64,000 nt of DNA, taken from positions 76 to 64,075 of the forward strand of contig DATJSD010000065.1 of NCBI GenBank assembly GCA_035504335.1. The letters run 5' to 3'. The notes under the pieces were generated by a model. That model ran no database searches. It was not told the DNA's origin and saw nothing but the letters and a program-made list of their open reading frames with translations. This document shows positions 1 through 8,256 of the stretch, one piece after another; within the stretch, counting starts at the first letter, position 1; every line of letters begins with the position of its first letter. Origin of the DNA: Steroidobacteraceae bacterium. GTDB taxonomy: Bacteria; Pseudomonadota; Gammaproteobacteria; Steroidobacterales; Steroidobacteraceae. The position numbers and the translations under genes are program-made.

Positions 1-1136
1 TGCTGGTGGATGCCTCCGCGGTCACCGTGGCGCGCAGCCTGCACGCATTGTCGCCCGCCATCGAGCAGATCGTGAGCTTCGTGCCCCTGGCGCTGGAATC
101 GCGCCTGCCGGAATCCACGCCCCACCTGCTCTCGGTACTGGCCAGCCGAGCCTTGCTGCCGACATGCATCTACCTGGCCTGCGATGAGTTTGCTCTGGTG
201 GAGGGATGGCATCGGGAGCTGGAATTGGCCTACCGCACACTGGCGGTGGGTTGTCCGTTGATCCTGCGGGTCCGCCATCCCGACGTGACCGCCAGCGAGC
301 AGTCACTGCTCGCCGAAGAGGAGGCTCTCGACGTCGCGCCGCGGATGATTCACGACGCCTATCTGGAGCGTTGGCGACTTTCCGGACAGGCGGGTGGCGC
401 GACGACGGTGGACTGGGAGTCGTTGGCTTACGAATATCAGGAGGACAACCGCGCCGCAGCCGATCACTATTGGGTGAAGGCACGAGAGCTGGGATTTCTC
501 ATCGGGCAGGGCCACGCGGCCGCAGAGGCGGTGCTGCCGTCCGTGCCGCTCGAGCCGTCCGCGCCACTCGAGCCGCTCGCTCGCGCCGAGCATCGTCGCT
601 GGGTCGCCAGCCGGGCGCTGGCCGGGTGGCATTTCGGCGCACGACGAGACGATATGGCGAAGATCCATCCTGACCTGCAGCCCTGGGCCGCGCTGAATGA
701 GGCTGAGCGAGAAAAGGATCGTGACATCGTGCGAAGCACGGCCAGCGTGCTGCAGGCAGCCGGCTACCGCCCGAGGCCGATCTACCGGTTTTCCTGGCCG
801 CATCGGAGCGGCACGGCGCTCCGGCGCGAGGTTCGCACGGAACTGGCCGCCGCGGCAGTCTCCCAGGCGAGCGCGCACGCCCCCGCCGCGGTCGCGAATG
901 TAACGGTGCGCGTGGAGGATGCGATAACCTATGAGTGCGCCCAGGCATTGGGGGAACATCCGGGGCTGACGGTGTCGCTGGTGGTGTCGCGTTCTCTCGC
1001 GGGCCTGGCGGTGGCTGCGGGCAGTTCGACGCTTGCGGCAAACCGCCTCGCCGAGCGGGCGTGGGAGCTGTGGGATGTACCCGAAGACCAGGTCGAGCAG
1101 GTCATGGGTCGCTGGCCAACCTTGCGGCTGACGTAA
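1..1136 (+). CDS. RyR-domain protein, 5' end outside window
   Basis: ORF track 6..1136; the frame is open to the window edge, so the N-terminus is missing. EHRRWVASRALAGWHFG..KIHPDLQPW..LNEAEREKDRDIV fits the RyR repeat-domain consensus. A weaker copy precedes it (IHDAYLERW..WESLAYEYQEDNRAAADHY..LGF). Confidence 0.6.
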   Translation, partial: LVDASAVTVARSLHALSPAIEQIVSFVPLALESRLPESTPHLLSVLASRALLPTCIYLACDEFALVEGWHRELELAYRTLAVGCPLILRVRHPDVTASEQSLLAEEEALDVAPRMIHDAYLERWRLSGQAGGATTVDWESLAYEYQEDNRAAADHYWVKARELGFLIGQGHAAAEAVLPSVPLEPSAPLEPLARAEHRRWVASRALAGWHFGARRDDMAKIHPDLQPWAALNEAEREKDRDIVRSTASVLQAAGYRPRPIYRFSWPHRSGTALRREVRTELAAAAVSQASAHAPAAVANVTVRVEDAITYECAQALGEHPGLTVSLVVSRSLAGLAVAAGSSTLAANRLAERAWELWDVPEDQVEQVMGRWPTLRLT

Positions 1137-1160
1137 GCGACCGCTCACGGACAGGGCCTG

Positions 1161-2894
1161 ATGCGCTATCTAATGGCAGTGCTTGGCTTGCTGACAGCTC
1201 TGGCCGGGCCCATCGCCAATTCCCAGAGCTTTACGCGCCAACCGCATGCGAACGAGCTGGAGCACAGCTTTTATCCGAATGGCACACACGTGCTGATCAT
1301 CTGGGTAGCCCGCTACGCCCATCCGGAGGTCTGGCCGGATCTGCAGACGGCAGTTGACGCCAGCCGCATTCACGACCTTTTCATGGGTCGTGGTCTGCCG
1401 GGGTCGGATGTCCTGTCCGTGGGGCTGCCGGAATCGGCGGATGCGAGCGCCATCATGGGAGCCATACATGCCTTTGCAAGAACGCTGCCGCCCGAGGATC
1501 CCCGCGACGGCATACGGCATGGCCTGCGGGTAGTAGTCTATTTTGCGGGTCACGGTTATTCGAGAGGCGTGCAAGCGGGTCCTGAGCGATTCATCGGCTC
1601 GCACGGATACGCCGACTCGAGTGTGGGTTATCTGGTGCCGCCGAATGCAACCGACCCCGGCCGACTCAGCAGCGATGATCTGCGCACCATGATGGTGCCG
1701 CAGGCGGACTTCCTGAAGGCCGTGGGCAGCCTCAACGCCAGTGCGACGCTGGTGCTGTTGGACGCATGCTTCTCGGGTCTGGGTCTGGAGAACCTGCAGC
1801 AGGACGCGGGGACAGTGCCGCCGCTGAGTCCTGCTGAGCCGCAACGGGTGTTTCAGGTCATCACCGCCGGACAGGCCGACAGGACCGTGCCCGATGATAA
1901 TGTGTTCTCGGAACTGGTCGCCGCGGGACTCGACGGCGCCGCGGATCTCAACTTCGATGGACTGATCACGGGGACGGAGCTTGGAGAGTACCTTCGCGTT
2001 CGCATGACGGAGGAGTCCATCCGCGCCGGCCGCGTCCAGCAGACGCCACTGTTCGAGACCTACGTCGGTCCGGATATCCAGTACGCAGCGCCAGGTGAAA
2101 ACGAATTCGTCTCTCCCCAGCAGCTTCCCTTTCGGGCGGCGGTGAATTCAGTGTCAACGCCAGCACAGTTGCGTACGTTCCGTGACTGCGCTCTGTGTCC
2201 ATCCCTGCGGATTGTTCCGCGTCCACCGGGTGAGGTTGGCACCAACAGGTATCTTGCCATGGGTGTCACGGATGTCACGGCCGAGCAGTATGAGGCGTGC
2301 TTTCGCGCGGGCGGGTGTCTGCACTGGCCCAAGTCGGCGACGGACGGCTCGGGTCTGAAGCCCGTGACGGACGTCAACCGGAATGATGCTCTGGCGTATA
2401 CGAGCTGGCTGTCGTGCATGACGGGCAAGCGCTACCGCCTCCCGGCCAACTCCGAGTGGCAATACTTTGCAGCCGCCGACGCCCGGCGGTTGTCCGCGGG
2501 ATCGATCTCGAGAGCAGCACGAGCCGCCTGTCGCGGCTGCGGCAGCCTCTGGGACGGGCGCACGGCGGCGCCGGTGGCGTCTTTTCCGGCGGATGACTTC
2601 GGATTATTCGACGTGCTGGGAAATGTCTGGCAGTGGATGGGAGACTGCAGTGACAGCGATGGGGAGCGAGCCTGCAATCAGATGGGGCAGGTGCGCGGAG
2701 GCGCATTCACGACACGCCTCAGTGCCGTGGTGTCCCTACCCGTCGGGCGGCTTGCCTCGCGGGTGCGCGACAACAACATCGGCTTTCGCGTGGCACGCGA
2801 CATCGCAACGGTGAGTGCCGTGCGGATGGATTGCCAGGCCAGAGCGGGCCCCGCGCGATCCCCGATCGACACCATGCGCTCCGCATCAAAGTGA
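1161..2894 (+). CDS. exported caspase-like (peptidase C14) protein fused to an FGE-sulfatase/SUMF1 domain
   Basis: 577 aa. Signal-like N-terminus MRYLMAVLGLLTALAG. Caspase His/Cys dyad contexts YFAGHGYS and LVLLDACFSG. C-terminal FGE-fold motifs RYRLPANSEWQY, FGLFDVLGNVWQWMGDC, VRGGAF, NIGFRVARD. Confidence 0.8.
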   Translation: MRYLMAVLGLLTALAGPIANSQSFTRQPHANELEHSFYPNGTHVLIIWVARYAHPEVWPDLQTAVDASRIHDLFMGRGLPGSDVLSVGLPESADASAIMGAIHAFARTLPPEDPRDGIRHGLRVVVYFAGHGYSRGVQAGPERFIGSHGYADSSVGYLVPPNATDPGRLSSDDLRTMMVPQADFLKAVGSLNASATLVLLDACFSGLGLENLQQDAGTVPPLSPAEPQRVFQVITAGQADRTVPDDNVFSELVAAGLDGAADLNFDGLITGTELGEYLRVRMTEESIRAGRVQQTPLFETYVGPDIQYAAPGENEFVSPQQLPFRAAVNSVSTPAQLRTFRDCALCPSLRIVPRPPGEVGTNRYLAMGVTDVTAEQYEACFRAGGCLHWPKSATDGSGLKPVTDVNRNDALAYTSWLSCMTGKRYRLPANSEWQYFAAADARRLSAGSISRAARAACRGCGSLWDGRTAAPVASFPADDFGLFDVLGNVWQWMGDCSDSDGERACNQMGQVRGGAFTTRLSAVVSLPVGRLASRVRDNNIGFRVARDIATVSAVRMDCQARAGPARSPIDTMRSASK

Positions 2895-2920
2895 CTTGCA
2901 CCGAAGCCGGGGAACTACCG

Positions 2921-4291
2921 ATGTCAACGCAGACAGCCGTACCTACTGCGCCTGTGGTTTCACGGCCGGGCTCGAAACCTCGCAGTGCGCGGCTCTGGGG
3001 GCTGGGCCTCGCGGCGGTGATCGCCGCCGCGTGCCCCGGGGCTTGGGCGCAGCCCGCGCCAGATAAATCACCCTCGCCGGGCGGTGGTGGAACGATTCAG
3101 GCGGCCCGCGGGCTCGGCTTTTCAATCGAGTCGGAGATGCTGACGTATCGGGCGCTCGAGTCTAATAGCGTTGCGGTCGCGTGCGATGTCGCGGGCTATC
3201 TGCGCGGCGCGAGCGTGGATTTCAACGCTCAAACCCCTGGGGAATGCGCGCTGAACGGGGCCAGCACGGCCACCGCAAGCGTGATCGTCGCGCCGTTCGA
3301 TAGCTCCGCCTTCGAGAACTTCCGGGTCTGGCGGAGCGAGATGATGCTCATGCGCGAGCTGCACGATCGGGCGCAGCCATTGTGTCCGGAGGCGGGGCGC
3401 GGTCTGGCGAAGCAGCTGGCCCAGTCTGCGCTCTCGGCGGCCATCCCCGGAGGAGGTTCCTTGCTATCCCTCGCGCAGGGGTTGTTGGGGATCGGCGCGG
3501 CCAACCCCGGCACCGTCACGCCCGTAGGCGGCACGATCCAGGATCAGGCTTTCATGGACGCCGTGGCTCGCCAGCTGCACAGGCTGCATATCGTGGTGCT
3601 GATGCCCTCGACCTATGCTCCGTTCGACATCTCGGCGCCCGCTGCGCAGGAATCACCGTTTGTTTCAGGTGTGATGCAACTTCTGGATCTGCGCGCCTGT
3701 CTGGTGCGACAGGAAGCGGGTGATCTCGCCAAGGACCCGGACGCAACCAATGTCCGACAGCTGGTCGGCGATATCGATGCCTACGTCGGGGCCCTCCAGG
3801 GCTTTGGTGCCTCGCCTGTGAGCGATGCCACACCCGGCAGCCCAGCCGGCCGGGACTTGAGCGGCAAGAAGGCGGATGCCGGTGCCGTTTCGGTTTCCGT
3901 TTGGAGTGCGCCGCCGACTCTGCTGCTCGCGGTGCTGTCCGGTGACGGATTCGCTCAGGAGCTCGGCGTCAGCCCGACGACCGGCCTGCTGGCGATCGAT
4001 GAGAACTCGCCGCACGTGCTGCTGGTAAAGGCATTGGAATCGGGTGGCAGCGTGGCAACCTCCCGCGGCGGGATGCTGAGGAAATCGGAAACGCATTACA
4101 GCGGTGGCGCGGTGGGGACCTTTGCGATGTTCAGGTTGAACGGCGAGCTCGAATGCTCCGGGAACGTCTATGACTACGGCGACTCGGGCGACTCGGGCAA
4201 CTTCGCGCAGGGCATGCGCGCCTACCAGCCTGCGCCTGCCAAGCAGTACATCTTCCAACAGGGCAGTTGCCAGCGCGCGGCCGGTCAGTGA
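2921..4291 (+). CDS. hypothetical exported protein, no family recognised
   Basis: In-frame ATG at 2921, 26 nt after the upstream stop; the track start 2831 would overlap the upstream gene. Signal-like RSARLWGLGLAAVIAAACPGAWAQ. 456 aa with no recognisable motif. Confidence 0.55.
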   Translation: MSTQTAVPTAPVVSRPGSKPRSARLWGLGLAAVIAAACPGAWAQPAPDKSPSPGGGGTIQAARGLGFSIESEMLTYRALESNSVAVACDVAGYLRGASVDFNAQTPGECALNGASTATASVIVAPFDSSAFENFRVWRSEMMLMRELHDRAQPLCPEAGRGLAKQLAQSALSAAIPGGGSLLSLAQGLLGIGAANPGTVTPVGGTIQDQAFMDAVARQLHRLHIVVLMPSTYAPFDISAPAAQESPFVSGVMQLLDLRACLVRQEAGDLAKDPDATNVRQLVGDIDAYVGALQGFGASPVSDATPGSPAGRDLSGKKADAGAVSVSVWSAPPTLLLAVLSGDGFAQELGVSPTTGLLAIDENSPHVLLVKALESGGSVATSRGGMLRKSETHYSGGAVGTFAMFRLNGELECSGNVYDYGDSGDSGNFAQGMRAYQPAPAKQYIFQQGSCQRAAGQ

Positions 4292-6078
4292 CCCCGGCGG
4301 GGGAAGTGCATGATCGTCCAGGGCACGCGCCGCCCGGTCGCAATGGCGTTCCCCTGCTGATCGGTATCACCGGGCATCGCGACCTCGTGGAGCGGCAGAT
4401 TCCGCAGATCAGGGCGCTCCTGCGCAGCCTGCTGCAACGGCTGTCGGACGAGTACCCGTCCGTAGGCGCTGTGCTACTCACCTCGATGGCCGAAGGCGCC
4501 GATCTGCTGGCCGCGGAGGTGGCCATGGAGCTGGGAATCGCGACGACCTGCATCCTGCCTCACCCCGTCGCCGAAGCGCGTGCCAGCCTGGAGTCCGACT
4601 CCTCGCGACAGCGCTTCGATCAGATCTACCAGCGATCCAGCCACGTAAATATCGACGCAATGGTAGAGCTGCACCACGAGCGCATCGGCGAGGAGGCGCC
4701 AACCCACGAACGTCGCTTTCAGATCGCCGGGGCTGTCGTTGCACGCTTCAGCACCCTGTTGATCGCCGTATGGGACGGCAGACGCACGGCCCGTGCCGCC
4801 GGTACGGCTTGGGTGGTGGACTACCGCCGCCGCGCGCTCGGAGTCAGCGCGGCCCACGCGCCTCTCCCGGACGTTGACCTGTTGAGCGTCGACGACAACG
4901 ACCTCGTCTATGAGATCCGCTGCTCCCGTCGATCGCGGCCGGACCCCGAGGACGCCATCGCGGTGCAAGCCATGGGCTTCAGCGGACGCGGCGTGACCCA
5001 TGCGTGGGAGCTGCCGCGCAGCCTGCATCTGGTCCTGCAGCGCATGGAGGATCTCAATGAGGACATCGCGCGGTTCGCGGTGAATATCGCCGCCGAAAGC
5101 CGCAGTCTCTCCCCGCCGCACACCACCCCGCCATCACACCTGCGGCGTCTGGATGAGCTGTTTCGCGCAGTCGACTGGTTGGGCGAGCACTATCAACGCT
5201 GGTTCAATCAGACGTTGCGGATGCGCTATGCGCTCTGGGCGGCGATGGCGCTGCTGCTGGTTTCCTTCAAGAAGGATTCCCTGGGACCTTTCGGCATCGC
5301 GGCCATCGCCGGTGTCCTTGCGCTGTTCGGCGCGGGCTTCGCGCTTTCGCGATGGGCGCACCATCATGACTGGCACCGCAAGTACCTGGACTACCGGGCC
5401 CTGGCAGAGGGTCTCAGAGTGGAATTCTACTGGGAGCTGGCCGGCATCGAGCGTCACCCCGAGGGCGAGCTTGCTCACGAGGCCTTCCTGCAACGGCAGG
5501 ACATCGCGTTGCAATGGATCAGAGTGACCATGCGCACGGCCCGGCTGCGACTGGCGATTGAACGCACTCCCCCGACTCCGGACGGACTCGCCCACGCGGT
5601 AGCGGGCGGGATCGGGGCCGAAGAGCACCGCCAACCCGCCGGTCAACTGCGCTATTACCATACGGTCGTCGAGCGCTGCGAGCGTCGCGTGCGGATGCTC
5701 GAAGCGATCAAGGTCGCATTGCTGGCGGGCGGCTTGCTGTTGGCCGTTGTGTTCGCGGTGGAGCTCCTCGCGGTACGCGCACATCACAGCGGCTTCCCGG
5801 CGGCCACGCGTGAGCGCCTGCTGTTTGCCCTCGCGTTGCTGCCCGCCTTCGCCGCGATCTTTGATACCTACGTGGATCAAAAGGCCGATCGCGTGCTGCT
5901 GCGACAGTACCGTCACATGCGCGCACTGTTCCGCATCGCCAATCGCGAGTTGCGGGCCACCCGCTCGGATGCGGCCCGCAAGGGCATCCTCCGCTCGTTG
6001 GGGCATGCGTGTCTGGCCGAGCACGCTCAATGGGTACTCGGGTATCGGGACAAGCGCATAGAAGGACTGCGCTGGTAG
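4267..6078 (+). CDS. SLOG-like Rossmann domain fused to two SLATT-like 2TM modules (membrane protein)
   Basis: 603 aa. N-terminal LLIGITGHRDL and LLTSMAEGADLLAAEVAMELG resemble YpsA/DprA/LOG (SLOG) motifs. The C-terminal half has two pairs of hydrophobic helices, each followed by a charged helix (WHRKYLDYRALAEGLRVEFYW; VLLRQYRHMRALFRIANREL). An alternative GTG start at 4288 overlaps the upstream TGA. Confidence 0.6.
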   Translation: MPARGRSVTPAGEVHDRPGHAPPGRNGVPLLIGITGHRDLVERQIPQIRALLRSLLQRLSDEYPSVGAVLLTSMAEGADLLAAEVAMELGIATTCILPHPVAEARASLESDSSRQRFDQIYQRSSHVNIDAMVELHHERIGEEAPTHERRFQIAGAVVARFSTLLIAVWDGRRTARAAGTAWVVDYRRRALGVSAAHAPLPDVDLLSVDDNDLVYEIRCSRRSRPDPEDAIAVQAMGFSGRGVTHAWELPRSLHLVLQRMEDLNEDIARFAVNIAAESRSLSPPHTTPPSHLRRLDELFRAVDWLGEHYQRWFNQTLRMRYALWAAMALLLVSFKKDSLGPFGIAAIAGVLALFGAGFALSRWAHHHDWHRKYLDYRALAEGLRVEFYWELAGIERHPEGELAHEAFLQRQDIALQWIRVTMRTARLRLAIERTPPTPDGLAHAVAGGIGAEEHRQPAGQLRYYHTVVERCERRVRMLEAIKVALLAGGLLLAVVFAVELLAVRAHHSGFPAATRERLLFALALLPAFAAIFDTYVDQKADRVLLRQYRHMRALFRIANRELRATRSDAARKGILRSLGHACLAEHAQWVLGYRDKRIEGLRW

Positions 6079-6172
6079 CCGCCCGCTGCTCGAGCGGCCC
6101 CACTTCTACGAGTTCCGAGCCGGCGGCGAGCATCTGCCTGGGCTGCGGCCGACGGCGTGCCCCGCAGGCTCG

Positions 6173-6304
6173 TCAGCCGCCGGTATCCACCGTCGTGCCG
6201 CGGATGATGTTCTTCAGCGCAACCGCCCAACCCGACAGCAGCAGGGCGGACGAGGCGATGACCACGAACCAGTAGAAGGCTTTGGTCCTGATCTTATTCA
6301 GCAC
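6173..6304 (-). CDS. small single-TM protein (43 aa), absent from the ORF track
   Basis: Hand translation gives V(M)LNKIRTKAFYWFVVIASSALLLSGWAVALKNIIRGTTVDTGG*. GTG start, one clear hydrophobic helix, below the 60-aa track cutoff. Confidence 0.35.
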   Translation of the reverse strand: MLNKIRTKAFYWFVVIASSALLLSGWAVALKNIIRGTTVDTGG

Positions 6305-6432
6305 GGGAATCGCTCTTCTGGTCAGTGAGTGGGCTGATCATCATAGCATCGATCATCGGTCGGCCGCAGCCGCCCCTGGTCAGTCGCCCGCGCGCAAGTC
6401 GGCCCCGGGCAGCGCGCGCCTCCCGCGCTGCG

Positions 6433-7329
6433 TCAGCACACCATCAGGCGATGGCCGTCCGGATCGATCAGTTGGCGCGGCGCCGCGCCCGGTCGCTCGC
6501 CGGCGAACACCAGCCGCGTGGCAGCGACATCGTTGGAGTGGCCGTGGGCAGCGCCCACGGTGCTCCTGCCGGCCTGCCCGGTACCAGGCCCGGTACCGGG
6601 CCCGGTACCGGGCGCCGGCGCGCGGTAACACAGCAGCTCGAGGTGCGGGGGCGCCTGTGCGGTGCTGAGCGCGGTCACCTCCACCCGCACCTCTTCCAGG
6701 CCGTCGAGCCGCTGCTGCTCGGGCCCCTGATTGATCGATCGGGCGCTCACCTGCAACCCGAGGTTCTCGTAGAAGGCGATGCTGCGCGAGCTGTCCGCGA
6801 CCACGATCGCCGAGTGATCGATGCCACGAAACAGCATCGCGGCGCGGGCGGGTACCGCGACGGGCGCGGACGGTGATGCCGGAAACTCGAGCAGCTCCAG
6901 CGGATGGCCATCCGGATCGCGGAACTTGAACGCCGTCACGCCGCCGGAGCTGGCCGGCAGGCGCTGCGGCCCGTGCGTGGAGATCGCCGCCCAGCCGGCG
7001 ACCTGCCGCAGATGCGCGTACGCGCGCTGCATGTCCTCGACGACGATGGCGAAGTGCTGAAAGCGCAGATCGCAGGCCGAAACGCCCGGCGGGTAGCCGC
7101 GCCCCAGGGCGACGGGTTGCAGCAGCTGGAGCTGCTGCGCCCCGAGGCGCAGCAAGACGCTGTGCGCGGCGCCGCGCACGCCCGCGAGGCGTGTGGCCGT
7201 CGCCTCGGTGAGCATCTCGCTCGCCACGACACGGCAGCCGCAGGCGTCCTGGTAGAACTGCGCGAGTCGCGCCGCATCGGGGCTGATCAGACACAGCCGC
7301 GTGAGGCGCACGGCCCTGCCGCTGCTCAC
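6433..7329 (-). CDS. VOC (glyoxalase/bleomycin-resistance/dioxygenase) family protein, tandem domains
   Basis: Repeated VOC modules: FQHFAIVVEDMQRAYAHL..FKFRDPDGHPLELLEF; IDHSAIVVADSSRSIAFYENLG..PHLELLCY; LIDPDGHRLMV. The GTG start at 7329 overlaps the upstream TGA (GTGA). The track start 7536 lies inside the upstream gene. Confidence 0.8.
   Translation of the reverse strand: MSSGRAVRLTRLCLISPDAARLAQFYQDACGCRVVASEMLTEATATRLAGVRGAAHSVLLRLGAQQLQLLQPVALGRGYPPGVSACDLRFQHFAIVVEDMQRAYAHLRQVAGWAAISTHGPQRLPASSGGVTAFKFRDPDGHPLELLEFPASPSAPVAVPARAAMLFRGIDHSAIVVADSSRSIAFYENLGLQVSARSINQGPEQQRLDGLEEVRVEVTALSTAQAPPHLELLCYRAPAPGTGPGTGPGTGQAGRSTVGAAHGHSNDVAATRLVFAGERPGAAPRQLIDPDGHRLMVC
6577..6612. repeat. 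12-bp in-frame tandem repeat (3 copies) in the VOC gene
   Basis: cccggtacc(a/g)gg at 6577, 6589 and 6601, encoding PGTG repeats on the minus strand. Confidence 0.9.
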
Positions 7330-8228
7330 GGCCAGCGCACGCCGCGTCGGTTCAGAAAAATCGCGTACAGCGTGTGCGAGCCACCGATGAACAGGCGATT
7401 CTTCAGCGCGCCGCCGAAGGTCAGGTTCGAGACGCGATACGGCACGCGGATCTTGCCGAGCAGTCGGCCGTGCGGGTCGATGCAGTGCACGCCGTCCCCG
7501 GCGCTCGACCACAGATTGCCGTCCTCGTCGACACACAGCCCGTCGGCGTAGCCGGGCTCGATCTTGTGAAACAGCTCGCCGCCGGAGAGCCGCCCGCCGG
7601 CCTGCACCTCGAACACGCGGATGTACTGCCGGGGCTGATCGCGCGTCTGATCCCCGGTCTCGGCGATGTACAGCCGCCGCTCATCCGCAGAGAACGCGAG
7701 GCCGTTCGGCCCGTCGAAATCGGCCGCCACGATGCGCAGCTCGCCGCTGTCCGGGTCGAAGCGATACACGGCCGGAGCCAGCTCGGAGGACTGGCGTCCG
7801 CCTTCATAGTCCGACTGGATGCCATACAGCGGGTCGGTGAACCAGATCGAGCCGTCGGAGTGCACGGTCACGTCATTGGGCGAGTTGAGCCTGCGGCCCT
7901 GATAGCGATCGACCAGCCGCGTGACCTGCCCATCCAGCTCGGTACGCAGCAGGCAGCGCTCGCGGTGCGAGCACGAGATCAGCCGTCCCTGCCGATCGCG
8001 CGTCTGTCCATTCGCATACCCGGAGGGCTGGCGGTACACCGACACCCCCGCCTCCTCGATCCAGCGCATCGTGCGGTCGCGCGGCAGATCCTGGAACAGC
8101 AGGCAGCCCGCATCGCCCATCCACACCAGTCCCTCGATCCAGCGGAAACCCTCGGCAAGCCGCTCCAGCGGCGCGTTGGCGAGCACGTAGTGCGCAAACC
8201 GTGGATCATGAATCTCGACGTCCTGCAT
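7326..8228 (-). CDS. SMP-30/gluconolactonase/LRE family protein
   Basis: 300 aa. IEGLVWMGDAGCLLFQDLPRDR, NSPNDVTVHSDGSIWFTDP and PNGLAFSADERRLYIAE are typical of the gluconolactonase beta-propeller. Confidence 0.85.
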   Translation of the reverse strand: MQDVEIHDPRFAHYVLANAPLERLAEGFRWIEGLVWMGDAGCLLFQDLPRDRTMRWIEEAGVSVYRQPSGYANGQTRDRQGRLISCSHRERCLLRTELDGQVTRLVDRYQGRRLNSPNDVTVHSDGSIWFTDPLYGIQSDYEGGRQSSELAPAVYRFDPDSGELRIVAADFDGPNGLAFSADERRLYIAETGDQTRDQPRQYIRVFEVQAGGRLSGGELFHKIEPGYADGLCVDEDGNLWSSAGDGVHCIDPHGRLLGKIRVPYRVSNLTFGGALKNRLFIGGSHTLYAIFLNRRGVRWP

Positions 8229-8256
8229 GCGCTCGCCTCCGGCAGGTCCAGGAGCT

